A stretch of 60,086 bases of DNA from Candidatus Pacearchaeota archaeon (GCA_018303755.1 JAGVXO010000008.1:1-60086), one strand, 5' to 3'. Shown: positions 48,751-58,234, counted from the stretch's first letter. Program-made: numbers and translations. Notes: generated by a model from the sequence alone, not told the origin.

Positions 48751-49344
48751 ATGGCTGGAGAAAAAAAGAAATTTTTTGATGTTGAAATACCTTTTATAGA
48801 AAAAAAAGTAGAACTTTTTGCATTTGAGCAGTCAGCGCTTGACAAAAAAACAATTAAATTAGACCTGACAAATCTTCTGAAAGGAAGGGCGCTGGAAATT
48901 AGCCTTTATGTAGAATTAAAAAATAATAAACTAATTGCAATTCCAAAAAAAGCAGAACTTATAAATTCCTATGTGAGAAGATTATCAAGAGGAGGAACAG
49001 ACTATGCAGAAGATTCTTTTCTTGCAGAATGCAAAGATAACCGGATAAGAGTAAAACCGCTTATAATTGCAAGAAATAGAGTTTCAAATAGAGTACTAAA
49101 AGGATTAAGAGAAAAAGCAAAAGAAGAGATAATTCATTATGCGAAGTCAAAAACATTCGAAGAAATTCTGCTGGGAGTAATAAATAACAAGCTTCAAAAG
49201 GAGCTTATGCCAAAACTCAAAAAAATATATCCTGTAGCAGTATATGAAATAAAATTCATAGGAATAGAAAATCCGAAAGGATATGAAAAATACGAGCAAG
49301 AAAAAGAAATTGAGCAATCTGCTAAAAAAGAAAAGGAAGAATAA
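48751..49344 (+). CDS. rps3ae: 30S ribosomal protein S3Ae (divergent)
   Basis: KTIKLDLTNLL, YVRRLSRGGTDYAEDSF, LKKIYPVAVYEI. Confidence 0.75.
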   Translation: MAGEKKKFFDVEIPFIEKKVELFAFEQSALDKKTIKLDLTNLLKGRALEISLYVELKNNKLIAIPKKAELINSYVRRLSRGGTDYAEDSFLAECKDNRIRVKPLIIARNRVSNRVLKGLREKAKEEIIHYAKSKTFEEILLGVINNKLQKELMPKLKKIYPVAVYEIKFIGIENPKGYEKYEQEKEIEQSAKKEKEE

Positions 49345-49835
49345 TGATACAAAAAACACTTGTTCTTATAAAGCCAGACGGAATACAAAGAGGGCTTATT
49401 GGAGAGATAATAAAAAGATTTGAGCAAAAAGGGCTTAAGATAGTCGGAATGAAAATGCTTAAATCTGAGAAAAAATTAGCTGAAGAGCATTATTCAGAAG
49501 AAATTGCGAAAAAACATGGCGAACCTGTAAGAAAAGCGCTTCTTGATTTTATAATAAGCGCACCTATAATTGCAATGTGTATTGAAGGAAGCAGTGCAAT
49601 ATCAAGTGTAAGAAAAATTGTCGGAAATACCTATCCTGGAGATGCAGATATCGGAACAATAAGAGGAGATTATGCGCATGCATCAAAAGCATATGCAAAG
49701 TCAAATGCAAAAGCGCTTCCAAATTTAGTTCACGCTTCTGAAAATGAGCAAGATGCAAAGCGCGAAATCGCACTTTGGTTTGCATCTAATGAAATTAATA
49801 GTTATAAGCTAAGCCACGAGGATTTTATTTTCTAG
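49344..49835 (+). CDS. ndk: Nucleoside diphosphate kinase
   Basis: TLVLIKPDG, GTIRGD, NLVHASE. Confidence 0.95.
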   Translation: MIQKTLVLIKPDGIQRGLIGEIIKRFEQKGLKIVGMKMLKSEKKLAEEHYSEEIAKKHGEPVRKALLDFIISAPIIAMCIEGSSAISSVRKIVGNTYPGDADIGTIRGDYAHASKAYAKSNAKALPNLVHASENEQDAKREIALWFASNEINSYKLSHEDFIF

Positions 49836-50112
49836 AAGATAAATGATTCTTAAAATCCTGTCCTAAATGAGACAAACTATTTCCAATATTTTTTGTTCTT
49901 TCTTCAAGAATTCCTAATGTCCTGCTCTGATTTATTAAAAAACCCGCAATAACAAACATTCCTGCAACAATAATTCCCATGTCTGCAATAAGTATATTTT
50001 CAGTTTCCCATGTTCCACCAACAATCACTTTTGCTATTTGATATATCACAATAATGAATAAAACTAGATAAATTATTCTCAAAAATGCCCTGACAATCTT
50101 ATTTAAAACCAT
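49825..50112 (-). CDS. Small membrane protein
   Basis: Two TM segments. Confidence 0.5.
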   Translation of the reverse strand: MVLNKIVRAFLRIIYLVLFIIVIYQIAKVIVGGTWETENILIADMGIIVAGMFVIAGFLINQSRTLGILEERTKNIGNSLSHLGQDFKNHLSSRK

Positions 50113-50293
50113 CCTAAATTCTTAGCAAGCCATAAAAACAAAAGAATTGCAAGTATCAAAAAATCCCATTTTAAAACATGCATAAACCAATCTGCCTTTA
50201 TTGATTGTGCCATATAAATATGTTAAATACTTAGCCCTTTAAAATTCTTGTTATTCGGCTAATATCAATAAATAAATGAAACTTTTACTCTTC

Positions 50294-50587
50294 TCAAAAA
50301 TACCTAAAATTTCCCCCCTCTATTTTAATTGCTTTGCCATTAATTATCGCCCCTGCAATTTTTTTCCTTGCAGATAAAACTAATCTATGAAATGTTGGTT
50401 GTGAAATATTCATTTTTTTAGCGCAATTTTCCTGCTCTAATCCTTCTAAATCTTTTAATCTCACTGCTTCAAATTCATCAATAGCCAATATAACCTCCTG
50501 CAATTTTCTCAATGGAATCCCCCGAGGCTTAAAATAAGTAATATCTGGATTAAATCTAACTCTCCTGCATAATCTTGGGCGTACCAT
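50294..50587 (-). CDS. DUF134 HTH protein
   Basis: MVRPRLCRRV, YFKPRGIP, EFEAVRLKD, MNISQPTFHR. Confidence 0.9.
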   Translation of the reverse strand: MVRPRLCRRVRFNPDITYFKPRGIPLRKLQEVILAIDEFEAVRLKDLEGLEQENCAKKMNISQPTFHRLVLSARKKIAGAIINGKAIKIEGGNFRYF

Positions 50588-50595
50588 TTTTAAAA

Positions 50596-50829
50596 TCAAT
50601 CGTGCTCTTCGAATTTTTTATCCTGTTCAGAATCGTTGTTTCTTAGCCATTTTAAAAGCATAGCAACATGCTCTTTTTCTTCATCTCTGTTATGCTCAAG
50701 AATTTTTTTCAGCTCTTCATCTTCAGCTTCTTCAATTCTTGTTTCATACCAATTAATGGCTTCAAGTTCTTCAATAACACTCTGCCTTGTTTTCTTCAAG
50801 TCGCTATTTTCAACATCTTTTGAATACAT
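50596..50829 (-). CDS. Encapsulated-ferritin-like (EncFtn/Flp) protein
   Basis: SVIEELEAINWYETR, HNRDEEKEHVAMLLKWLR. Confidence 0.85.
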   Translation of the reverse strand: MYSKDVENSDLKKTRQSVIEELEAINWYETRIEEAEDEELKKILEHNRDEEKEHVAMLLKWLRNNDSEQDKKFEEHD

Positions 50830-50902
50830 TTTAACCTCCGTTAAGATAAATACGTCCCGATATATAAAACTTGCTGAAATAAAAAAGAAAAGCAGGAAAA
50901 GA

Positions 50903-51138
50903 TTACTTAATTTCTTTTAATCTCTTCTCTATGTCCTGCTTTTCCAATTCAATTTCTTTAAGCTCAGCTTCAAGGACTTTTTTTCTTCATCTTTTGTCAA
51001 AGTCATTGGAACTCTGAATCCAAATCCTCTGCCACAGCCTCGGCTAAATCCTCTCCGCATTCCGCCTCCGCAAGGTCCTAATCCTCTTCCTGTCATAGCA
51101 CCCATTCCTTGAGGCCCTGTTTTGTCCATATTTGGCAT
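50903..51138 (-). CDS. DUF5320-like protein, reading frame shifted at an A7 tract (50978-50984)
   Basis: MPNMDKTGPQGMGAMTGRGLGPC; the -1 frame continues VLEAELKEIELEKQDIEKRLKEIK* to 50903. Confidence 0.75.
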
Positions 51139-51275
51139 TTTATTTTCCTCCAGTTTGTGTTTATTTCATTATGAATATATATTCATAACACTATTTAAAC
51201 CTTTCGGCGAATAAAATGAATAAACAAATATCCAATTCTAAAACTTTAAAAACCACAGCATTCTATTTTCTTTAT

Positions 51276-51349
51276 GCCCCCATAGCTCAGCTGGTTAGAG
51301 CGGCAGTTTTGTAAACTGTAGGTCGTCGGTTCAAACCCGGCTGGGGGCT
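51276..51349 (+). tRNA. tRNA-Thr(TGT)
   Basis: Acceptor GCCCCCA/TGGGGGC, loop TTTGTAA, U73. Confidence 0.92.
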
Positions 51350-51399
51350 TGGAATAATTTTAAAAATAATATTTCCCATTAAAAAAAGAGAATATTTTT

Positions 51400-51620
51400 G
51401 GCTCGCCTGCTGCTCGCGATTGCACTCGTTGTATAAAATTCATTAGTTCGTGCAATCGCTCGGGCTCGCTTATAATGGCGCGCCTTCGGCGCACTTGTTC
51501 TATTCTGCAAATCCGCTATCCCTTTGCACATTAATTATTCAAATGATTTAATTTATTTTAAAATCAAAAACACCAACGAACCAACTTAAAATGTGGGAAA
51601 GTTATGGGATATTTAAAAAT
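51400..51620 (+). repeat. Dispersed intergenic element
   Basis: GGCTCGCCTGCTGCTCG, GCGCCTTCGGCGCAC, GCAAATCCGCTATC, CACCAACG..CTTAAAATGTGGGAAAGTTATGGGAT. Confidence 0.75.
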
Positions 51621-51636
51621 ACAGATTTGAAAAAAC

Positions 51637-52197
51637 CTAATCAATAATAACCTCTGCCTTTTTTTCTGAAATAAAAATGTCTGCAATCTGTTTTGGCACA
51701 CTCGAAATCTCATCTTTTTTAAATGGGCCTACTGGCATACCATCAAGCCCTATAACCTCTTCTATATCTTCTAAGAAAAGAAGCACTTTTAATTCTTCAA
51801 CATCATCTAACTGAACATTGTTTGACATCTGGCTTGCAAGTTTTTTTTCTGCTCTTTCAACACCCTGCATTATTTCATCAAAAAGCTCTCTTTCAAAATC
51901 AAGCATATTATCAAAATCTCTTTTGCTCGCCCCTGTCTCGCTCGCAACAAACGCCAGCCCGAGAAGCTTTTTCTTTCTCAAAAGCATAAGCTCTTTGAAA
52001 ATAGCAACAGCATTCTCCAGCTGTTTCTTGGTTTTGGAAATTTCCTCTGAAAACATCTCGCCTTTTTGCCCTGCAATTTTTCTCTTATCAGAAAGATATT
52101 CAAAAACCTCTGAGATAAATTTTTTTTGCAGTGGCTGCAGTTGTTCGCTGTATCTCTCTTTCCTGAGGAATTCATACAAGTCATTATAAGTAATCAT
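51637..52197 (-). CDS. GINS-family replication protein (A then B domain, Gins51-like)
   Basis: ITYNDLYEFLRKER..LQPL; C-terminal GLDGMPVGPFKKDEISSVP..ADIFI. Confidence 0.65.
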   Translation of the reverse strand: MITYNDLYEFLRKERYSEQLQPLQKKFISEVFEYLSDKRKIAGQKGEMFSEEISKTKKQLENAVAIFKELMLLRKKKLLGLAFVASETGASKRDFDNMLDFERELFDEIMQGVERAEKKLASQMSNNVQLDDVEELKVLLFLEDIEEVIGLDGMPVGPFKKDEISSVPKQIADIFISEKKAEVIID

Positions 52198-52289
52198 AAA
52201 GTTTTTAGCATAAGGCAATTTATAACGATTATGGTTGTAAAAAACAACCTAAACAACAGATTTATAAGTTAATACTCCATTTAAAAAAT

Positions 52290-53435
52290 ATGTTCGGATT
52301 TTTAAAAGAAAAGCTCAAAAAGTTCATAGAATCAGCAAGGCATCCTAAAGGAAAAGAAGAAGAGTCTGCAAAGGCAGAGGTTCAGGAAAAAAACAAGGAG
52401 AAATTAGAGTATATTACAGAGGAAGCTGGAGAAAAAGCAGATAAAAAACCAAGGAAAAAACAAAAGCCAGAAGTAAAAGAAATAAAAATTGAAAAGCCTG
52501 TTGAAGAAGCGATTGAAGAAAAGCTCGCTGAAGAGACAAAAAAGCAAAGTGAAGAAAAAGTCGGTTTTTTTGCAAAAATAAAATCAAGATTCTCAACTAC
52601 ACGTTTTGACCAGGAAACATTTAATGAATTATTTGAAAAGCTTGAAGCTTTGCTTCTTGAAAACAATGTCTCTTTAGAAGTCGTGGATAAAATAAGGGCA
52701 GACATGGAAAAGCGCCTTGTAAACATAGAAATTGAAAAATCAAAAATAGAACAGGAGATAAAAAATTCCCTAAAAGAAACTCTTCTTGAAATTCTCATTG
52801 AGCCATTTGATATAACTGAAAAAATAAAAGAAAATGGGGGCACATTCGTAATGCTTTTTTTTGGAATAAACGGAAGCGGAAAAACAACTTCAATTGCAAA
52901 AATCGCCTCGCTTCTGCAGGAAAATAAAATAAGCTGTGTAATTGCAGCAGGAGATACTTTCAGAGCAGCATCAATAGAACAGCTGAAAAAGCACGGAGAT
53001 AAATTAGGAATAAAAATAATCCATCAGAATTACGGCTCTGACCCTGCAGCAGTTGCATTTGATGCAATAAAATACGCAGAAGCGCACGGAATAAAGGCAG
53101 TTCTCATAGATACAGCAGGAAGAATGCATACAAAAGACAATCTAATGAAAGAAATGGAAAAAATTATCCGTGTTGCAAAACCAGACATAAAAATATTTGT
53201 AGGAGAATCTATAACAGGAAATGATGCAACAGAACAAGCAAGGCAGTTCAATAGCTCATTCGGAGTTGATGCAATAATCCTGACAAAAGCAGATGTTGAT
53301 GAAAAAGGTGGAACAGCAATTTCTGTCGGATATATAACGGGCAAGCCAATATTGTTTTTAGGAACAGGGCAGGATTATCATTCTCTTGAAAAATTCCATC
53401 CAAATGAAATAATTGCTAATCTTGGGCTTGAATAG
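52290..53435 (+). CDS. ftsY: SRP receptor FtsY
   Basis: GINGSGKTT, DTFRAAS, DTAGR, TKAD; acidic/basic N-terminal region. Confidence 0.95.
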   Translation: MFGFLKEKLKKFIESARHPKGKEEESAKAEVQEKNKEKLEYITEEAGEKADKKPRKKQKPEVKEIKIEKPVEEAIEEKLAEETKKQSEEKVGFFAKIKSRFSTTRFDQETFNELFEKLEALLLENNVSLEVVDKIRADMEKRLVNIEIEKSKIEQEIKNSLKETLLEILIEPFDITEKIKENGGTFVMLFFGINGSGKTTSIAKIASLLQENKISCVIAAGDTFRAASIEQLKKHGDKLGIKIIHQNYGSDPAAVAFDAIKYAEAHGIKAVLIDTAGRMHTKDNLMKEMEKIIRVAKPDIKIFVGESITGNDATEQARQFNSSFGVDAIILTKADVDEKGGTAISVGYITGKPILFLGTGQDYHSLEKFHPNEIIANLGLE

Positions 53436-54117
53436 TTTCTTTAAATTTCTTATCAATTATTTTATCAAGATTAACTATCTTAAATAATAGAATAAGCAGT
53501 GTCAGCCAGAAAATTCCAAGGAAAAATCCTGCAATAACATCGCTAAACCAGTGCACATTAAGATAAATTCTGCTAAATCCAATAATCAAAAATAATAATA
53601 TACTGCAAACAATAAATAAATACCTTGCAAATTTATTTTTTATCTCGTATTTAAAAGAATAAATAACCAGTGAAAAAAAGATTACTGCCATTGTTGCATG
53701 CCCGCTTGGAAAGCTTGAGCCAGAAAATTCAATTAATACATTCGCAGGTCTTAATCTATAAACAAGAAATTTAATCAGCAGTCCGCTTAAAAAACCAGCC
53801 AAAATGCTGAAAAAAAGAAGAACTGCAGAATAAAATTTTTTCATATAAACAAAAACAAACAGCAGAACTATCAGCAAAAAAGCAAAAACAAATGGGCTGA
53901 TGATATTGGTGAAAAAAATCATCACCCAAGTGATAATCTCTCCATGAAACGCACTAACTGATTGGTTTATTAAAAAATCAAGAAAAAGGATTTTGTTCTC
54001 ACTAACAACCATCCATAAAATCAGAGAAAATACCAAAATAGATAAAATGCAGAGTATTAAGGCAAACAAATGGTGCTTTGCAAATCTTTTTGTTTTTCGC
54101 TCAGAAATTATAGCCAT
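53416..54117 (-). CDS. PAP2-family membrane phosphatase
   Basis: KFLVYRLRP, SFPSGH, SRIYLNVHWFSDV. Confidence 0.9.
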   Translation of the reverse strand: MAIISERKTKRFAKHHLFALILCILSILVFSLILWMVVSENKILFLDFLINQSVSAFHGEIITWVMIFFTNIISPFVFAFLLIVLLFVFVYMKKFYSAVLLFFSILAGFLSGLLIKFLVYRLRPANVLIEFSGSSFPSGHATMAVIFFSLVIYSFKYEIKNKFARYLFIVCSILLFLIIGFSRIYLNVHWFSDVIAGFFLGIFWLTLLILLFKIVNLDKIIDKKFKETIQAQD

Positions 54118-54203
54118 ATCTAAACATAATTAATTATCTATTTAAAATATTCCAAGCATCCCTAAACCACAACTTTATTAACCTTATACTTCCTAATTTT
54201 GAT

Positions 54204-55586
54204 ATGCTTGAAGCAATTGGAAATGCGCTGAAAAAAGGAATTGACAGAATAGCATCAGCTGTATTTGTTGATAAAACTCTGGTAGATTCTACTGTTAAAG
54301 AGCTTCAAAGAGCGCTGATTATGGCAGACGTAAATATTGCGCTTGTAAAAGAAATAAGTGAAAAGATAAAGCAGGAAGGGGAAAAATATGTGAAAAATGT
54401 TGAGAAAAAAGAACACATAATAAAAATTCTCAATGATGAAATAATAAGAATAATTGGTGAAGAGAAAAAAGAGCTTGAGCTTGGAAAAAAAGACGCAATT
54501 CTTTTCGTTGGATTATATGGGACAGGAAAAACGACTTCAATTGCAAAAATAGCCTCATGGTACAAGAAAAGAGGGAAAAGTGTTGCAATCTTGGGACTTG
54601 ATGTGCATCGCCCTGCTGCATCAGAACAGTTGGAGCAGTTGGGAGAAAAAATACAGGTGCCTGTTTTTATAGATAAAACAGAAAAAAAGCCGTTGAAAAT
54701 TTATGAAAAATACAAAAAAGAACTTGACAAATACAATCTCGTTCTGATTGATTCTGCAGGAAGAGATGCTTTAGAGAAATCGCTGATTAAAGAAATTAAA
54801 GAAATTAAGGAAGCTGTGAAACCAACACATACAATTTTTGTAATCGCAGCAGATATAGGGCAGGCTGCAAAACAGCAGGCAGTAATTCTGAAAGAAGCAT
54901 GTGGTATTGACGGAGTGATTATAACAAGAATGGATTCTTCTGCAAAAGCAGGAGGCGCCTTAACTGCCTGCAATGAAGTAAATGCGCCTGTTTATTTCAT
55001 AGGAACAGGAGAAAAAATAAACGATATTGAGCAGTTTAATCCAAAAGCATTTGTTTCGCGCCTTTTAGGAATGGGTGATTTGGAAACTTTAATTGAAAAA
55101 GTAAAATCAGCAACAGATGAAAAAACTCAGGAAAAGCTGAAAAAGAATCTTGAAGAGGGCAAATTTACCCTTGCAGATTTAGCTGAACAATTAGAATCAA
55201 TGCAATCAGTCGGCCCATTAGGCAAAATTGCAGAAATGATTCCAGGATTAGGAAAAGCAAAAATTCCTGATAATGCGCTTGAAACACAGGAAAAAAAATT
55301 AAAGGGATGGAAGCACGCAATAAAAAGTATGACAAAAGAAGAAATTGAAAATCCTGAATTGCTCGAAAAGCAAACCTCAAGAATTTCGCGAATTGCAAAG
55401 GGCTCTGGAACAAGTACTGGAGATATTAAACAATTAATAAAACAATACAAAATGATAAAAGAGCTTGCCTCAAGCGCAGGCGCAATGGACATGGAAAATA
55501 TGCATGACCCGAATAAAATGATGTCAAACAAACAGCTGATGAAACTCGCAAAGAAATTCGGAAAAAAGAAGACGATTAGGTTTTGA
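54204..55586 (+). CDS. srp54: Signal recognition particle protein SRP54
   Basis: GLYGTGKTT, DVHRPAA, DSAGR, TRMD, M-domain SMT.EE..RIAKGSG. Confidence 0.95.
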   Translation: MLEAIGNALKKGIDRIASAVFVDKTLVDSTVKELQRALIMADVNIALVKEISEKIKQEGEKYVKNVEKKEHIIKILNDEIIRIIGEEKKELELGKKDAILFVGLYGTGKTTSIAKIASWYKKRGKSVAILGLDVHRPAASEQLEQLGEKIQVPVFIDKTEKKPLKIYEKYKKELDKYNLVLIDSAGRDALEKSLIKEIKEIKEAVKPTHTIFVIAADIGQAAKQQAVILKEACGIDGVIITRMDSSAKAGGALTACNEVNAPVYFIGTGEKINDIEQFNPKAFVSRLLGMGDLETLIEKVKSATDEKTQEKLKKNLEEGKFTLADLAEQLESMQSVGPLGKIAEMIPGLGKAKIPDNALETQEKKLKGWKHAIKSMTKEEIENPELLEKQTSRISRIAKGSGTSTGDIKQLIKQYKMIKELASSAGAMDMENMHDPNKMMSNKQLMKLAKKFGKKKTIRF

Positions 55587-55672
55587 ATAGTAAACTAAAA
55601 AAAGAAAGAAGAAGAAAATAAAAAGATTAAGAATAAAAAACAAAAAAGAAAGAGAAGTAAAATAAAAATCAA

Positions 55673-56164
55673 TTAATAATCAGAGAAATTATAATGTCCG
55701 CAAGCCGGTGTAGATACAATCATTTGGGCTTGGGCATAACTAAGTGCAGTAGATTCATCTGCCAACAACATTTTCACTTCAACGCCATTTATTAATTTAG
55801 TTTGTGCTTCTGAAACTTCCGAGCTGCCTAAATTTCCATATTTATTTATAACCTTTATTGTAGCAGCACTATCTGTAGCAGTTTTGAGTTCAATCAAATA
55901 AGGACTTCCAACAAGATAGACTGTCTCCTTAGGATGATGCCCTTCTTTATTTACCGCTAAATCTAAAAATCTGCCATCGCATTTAAGATCATTTAGGGAA
56001 GTTAGCTTTTGATCCATCTCTAATTGTGTATAAACTCTATATGTCCCATTTATATCTTTGTTTACTCTTATCACATCTCCAGTAATGCTCGTAGTTACAA
56101 GCGAAGCAACCACTGCAACAATAAGAACAACAGCAATCACTCCAACCCATTCTTTGCTTTTCAT
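55673..56164 (-). CDS. N-terminally anchored surface protein
   Basis: N-terminal TM; start at ATG 56164 after GGAGGTGA (the track's MKGGDK is the translated SD). Confidence 0.65.
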   Translation of the reverse strand: MKSKEWVGVIAVVLIVAVVASLVTTSITGDVIRVNKDINGTYRVYTQLEMDQKLTSLNDLKCDGRFLDLAVNKEGHHPKETVYLVGSPYLIELKTATDSAATIKVINKYGNLGSSEVSEAQTKLINGVEVKMLLADESTALSYAQAQMIVSTPACGHYNFSDY

Positions 56165-56275
56165 TTTATCACCTCCTTTCAATCACTATTTTGTATTTTA
56201 GTTCAATCTTTCGTTTTCGTGTTGAAAACTTATTGAAAGATTAACAATCCAAAGGGGGGGGCGTTATAAATATTT
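56162..56275 (-). promoter_or_regulatory. Promoter/leader copy 1: TATA (TTTATAA), C8 tract, GGAGGTGA SD
   Basis: Shares two sequence blocks with 60001-60086. Confidence 0.65.
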
Positions 56276-56311
56276 CGGTTACTTTTAGATTATGGGTTTT
56301 TTGGATAATTA

Positions 56312-56530
56312 CGCTCGCTCGGCTTCGCCTCGCTCGCCTTAAATGCAATTAGTGGCGCTTCGCGCCCGTTTTATTTTGCAAATCTGACGCCGATTGATTT
56401 ATTGATTATTTAAATATTTTAATTGATATTAATAAAAAAAGAAGAATGCAAAAAGCACCAATGAACAAACTTAAAATAAGGCAAAATTATGGGTGTTAGC
56501 AAAATAAATTTCAGCAAATCTGCTAATCAT
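56312..56530 (+). repeat. Dispersed intergenic element
   Basis: GCTCGGCTTCGCCTCGC, GGCGCTTCGCGCC, GCAAATCTGACGCC, CACCAATG..CTTAAAATAAGGCAAAATTATGGGTGTTAGC. Confidence 0.75.
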
Positions 56531-56719
56531 TCGTCCATTATATTTCTTGTATACTCAACAATTCGTATTAAAGGCATACTGCAAATACTGCCTTGTTGTT
56601 GATTTCAGCATGCTCGCACGCTCGCAATAGTTGCAATAAAAAAATCGAATTAAAATGAACAAAAATATTTACTGGGATAAAGAAGCAAACTTTATAAATA
56701 CGGATAAACTGCCATCAAT

Positions 56720-56926
56720 ATGGAAATTAAAATCGTTTTAGAAAAGCAAGAAGAAGGGGGGTACACTGTTTATGTGCCATCACTTTCAGGATGTATCTCT
56801 GAAGGCGAAACATTAGATGAAGCTATAAAAAATATAAAAGAAGCAATAGGACTTTATTTAGAAGCAGATGAAAATGAAATAGTTTTCTACAAAGACAATG
56901 CAAAAGAAGAAATCATTGAAATATGA
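56720..56926 (+). CDS. hicB: HicB-family antitoxin
   Basis: EEGGYTVYVPSLSGCISEGETLDEAIKNIKEAIGLYLE. Confidence 0.9.
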   Translation: MEIKIVLEKQEEGGYTVYVPSLSGCISEGETLDEAIKNIKEAIGLYLEADENEIVFYKDNAKEEIIEI

Positions 56927-57051
56927 AACTTCCTCAAATTTCAGGTAAAGAATTAATTAAAAAAAATCCAAACCACCAAAATTTAAAAAGGGGAACCCTG
57001 CATCAAATAATTAAATCAGCAGAACTAACTCCAGAAGAAATTTTTTCTTAA
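56923..57051 (+). pseudogene. hicA: HicA toxin with in-frame internal deletion
   Basis: MKLPQISGKELIK fused to PNHQNLKRGTLHQIIK; the central GSH catalytic segment is absent; ATGA overlap with hicB. Confidence 0.75.
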
Positions 57052-57060
57052 TCTATTAAA

Positions 57061-57684
57061 ATGTCTCCAGAAAAACTCATTTATCAAGGCGCAGAGGCAG
57101 TTATTTCAAAAGAAGGGGAATTTATAATAAAAGACAGGATTTCAAAGGGTTATCGTATTCCTGAATTAGACAGGAAAATAATAAAACAAAGAACAAAGCA
57201 GGAAGCAAGAATTCTTGAAAAGGCGTCAAAATTAATTAATGTGCCATTTCCTGAACCATTAAATGACAAAAATCAGACATTTATAAAAATGCCTTTTATA
57301 AAAGGAAAAAAAATGTCAGAAGAGCTTGATAATTTAGATAAAAAAACTGCAGAGAAAACATGCACCAAAATAGGCGAGTCAATTGCAAAACTTCATGATG
57401 CAGATATTATCCACGGAGATTTGACAACAAGCAACATGATTCTTGATTCAAAAAACAACATATGGTTTATAGATTTTGGATTGGGGTTTCATTCAAAAAG
57501 AATAGAAGACAAGGCAGTTGATTTGCATTTAATAAAACAGGCATTAGAAGCAAAGCACTTTAAAAACTGGAATAAATATTTTGAAGCAATAGTTGTCGGC
57601 TATAAAAACTCAAAAGATTGTTATAAAACACTTGAACAGCTTAAAAAAGTGGAGTCAAGAGGCAGATACAAAGATAAGCATTAG
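57061..57684 (+). CDS. bud32: KEOPS complex kinase Bud32
   Basis: QGAEAVI, KDRISKGYR, HGDLTTSN, IDFG, EDKAVDL, RGRY. Confidence 0.92.
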   Translation: MSPEKLIYQGAEAVISKEGEFIIKDRISKGYRIPELDRKIIKQRTKQEARILEKASKLINVPFPEPLNDKNQTFIKMPFIKGKKMSEELDNLDKKTAEKTCTKIGESIAKLHDADIIHGDLTTSNMILDSKNNIWFIDFGLGFHSKRIEDKAVDLHLIKQALEAKHFKNWNKYFEAIVVGYKNSKDCYKTLEQLKKVESRGRYKDKH

Positions 57685-57717
57685 TTTTATAAACAAAAAC
57701 TAATACTTCTTTAATAA

Positions 57718-57790
57718 AGCCCTGTAGGATAGTGGTCAAGTCTACGAGCCTTTGGAGCTTGTGACCCAGGTTCGAATCCTGGCAGGGCTA
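57718..57790 (+). tRNA. tRNA-Gln(TTG)
   Basis: A1:U72 acceptor AGCCCTG/CAGGGCT, loop CTTTGGA, T-loop TTCGAAT. Confidence 0.92.
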
Positions 57791-57862
57791 TATCTATTTA
57801 GGCAATTAGTATTATTTCTGCTCAAACTAAAACTTTAAAAACCTGTTTAAAGAAAGGTTATT

Positions 57863-58234
57863 ATGGCAGCTAAAAAAACAGGGGCAAAGGTGAAAAAAGA
57901 AAAGGCTGTGCCTGAAAGAGTAGAAGCAGAGAACATAGAAGAGATTATAGTTGAACTTGCAAAGCAAGGAAATACTCCTGCAAAAATCGGGCAGATACTG
58001 AAAGAAAAATATGGGATGCACAAAGTAAAAACATTCGGGAAAAAAATAACAAAAATATTAAAGGAAAAAGGCGTAAGCTTCAAAAAAGATATTGATTTTG
58101 TAAAAGAGAAAATTAAAAAAATTGAAGCGCATAAATCCAAAAACAAGCAGGACAAAAGGGCAAAAATAGAGCTTACAAGAATGATCCATCTCAAAAAGAA
58201 AATGGATGCCTATCTTCTAAAAAAACAGAATTGA
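57863..58234 (+). CDS. rps15: 30S ribosomal protein S15P/S13e (short, divergent)
   Basis: IEEIIVELAKQG.TPAKIGQILKEKYG, HKSKNKQD; located next to the DHH gene as in other archaea. Confidence 0.8.
   Translation: MAAKKTGAKVKKEKAVPERVEAENIEEIIVELAKQGNTPAKIGQILKEKYGMHKVKTFGKKITKILKEKGVSFKKDIDFVKEKIKKIEAHKSKNKQDKRAKIELTRMIHLKKKMDAYLLKKQN

Noticed and set aside
9535-56530. Dispersed repeats as CRISPR arrays or integron attC sites
   Set aside because: No regularly spaced identical repeats with unique spacers, no cas or integrase gene, and no consistent RYYYAAC/GTTRRRY ends flanking cassettes
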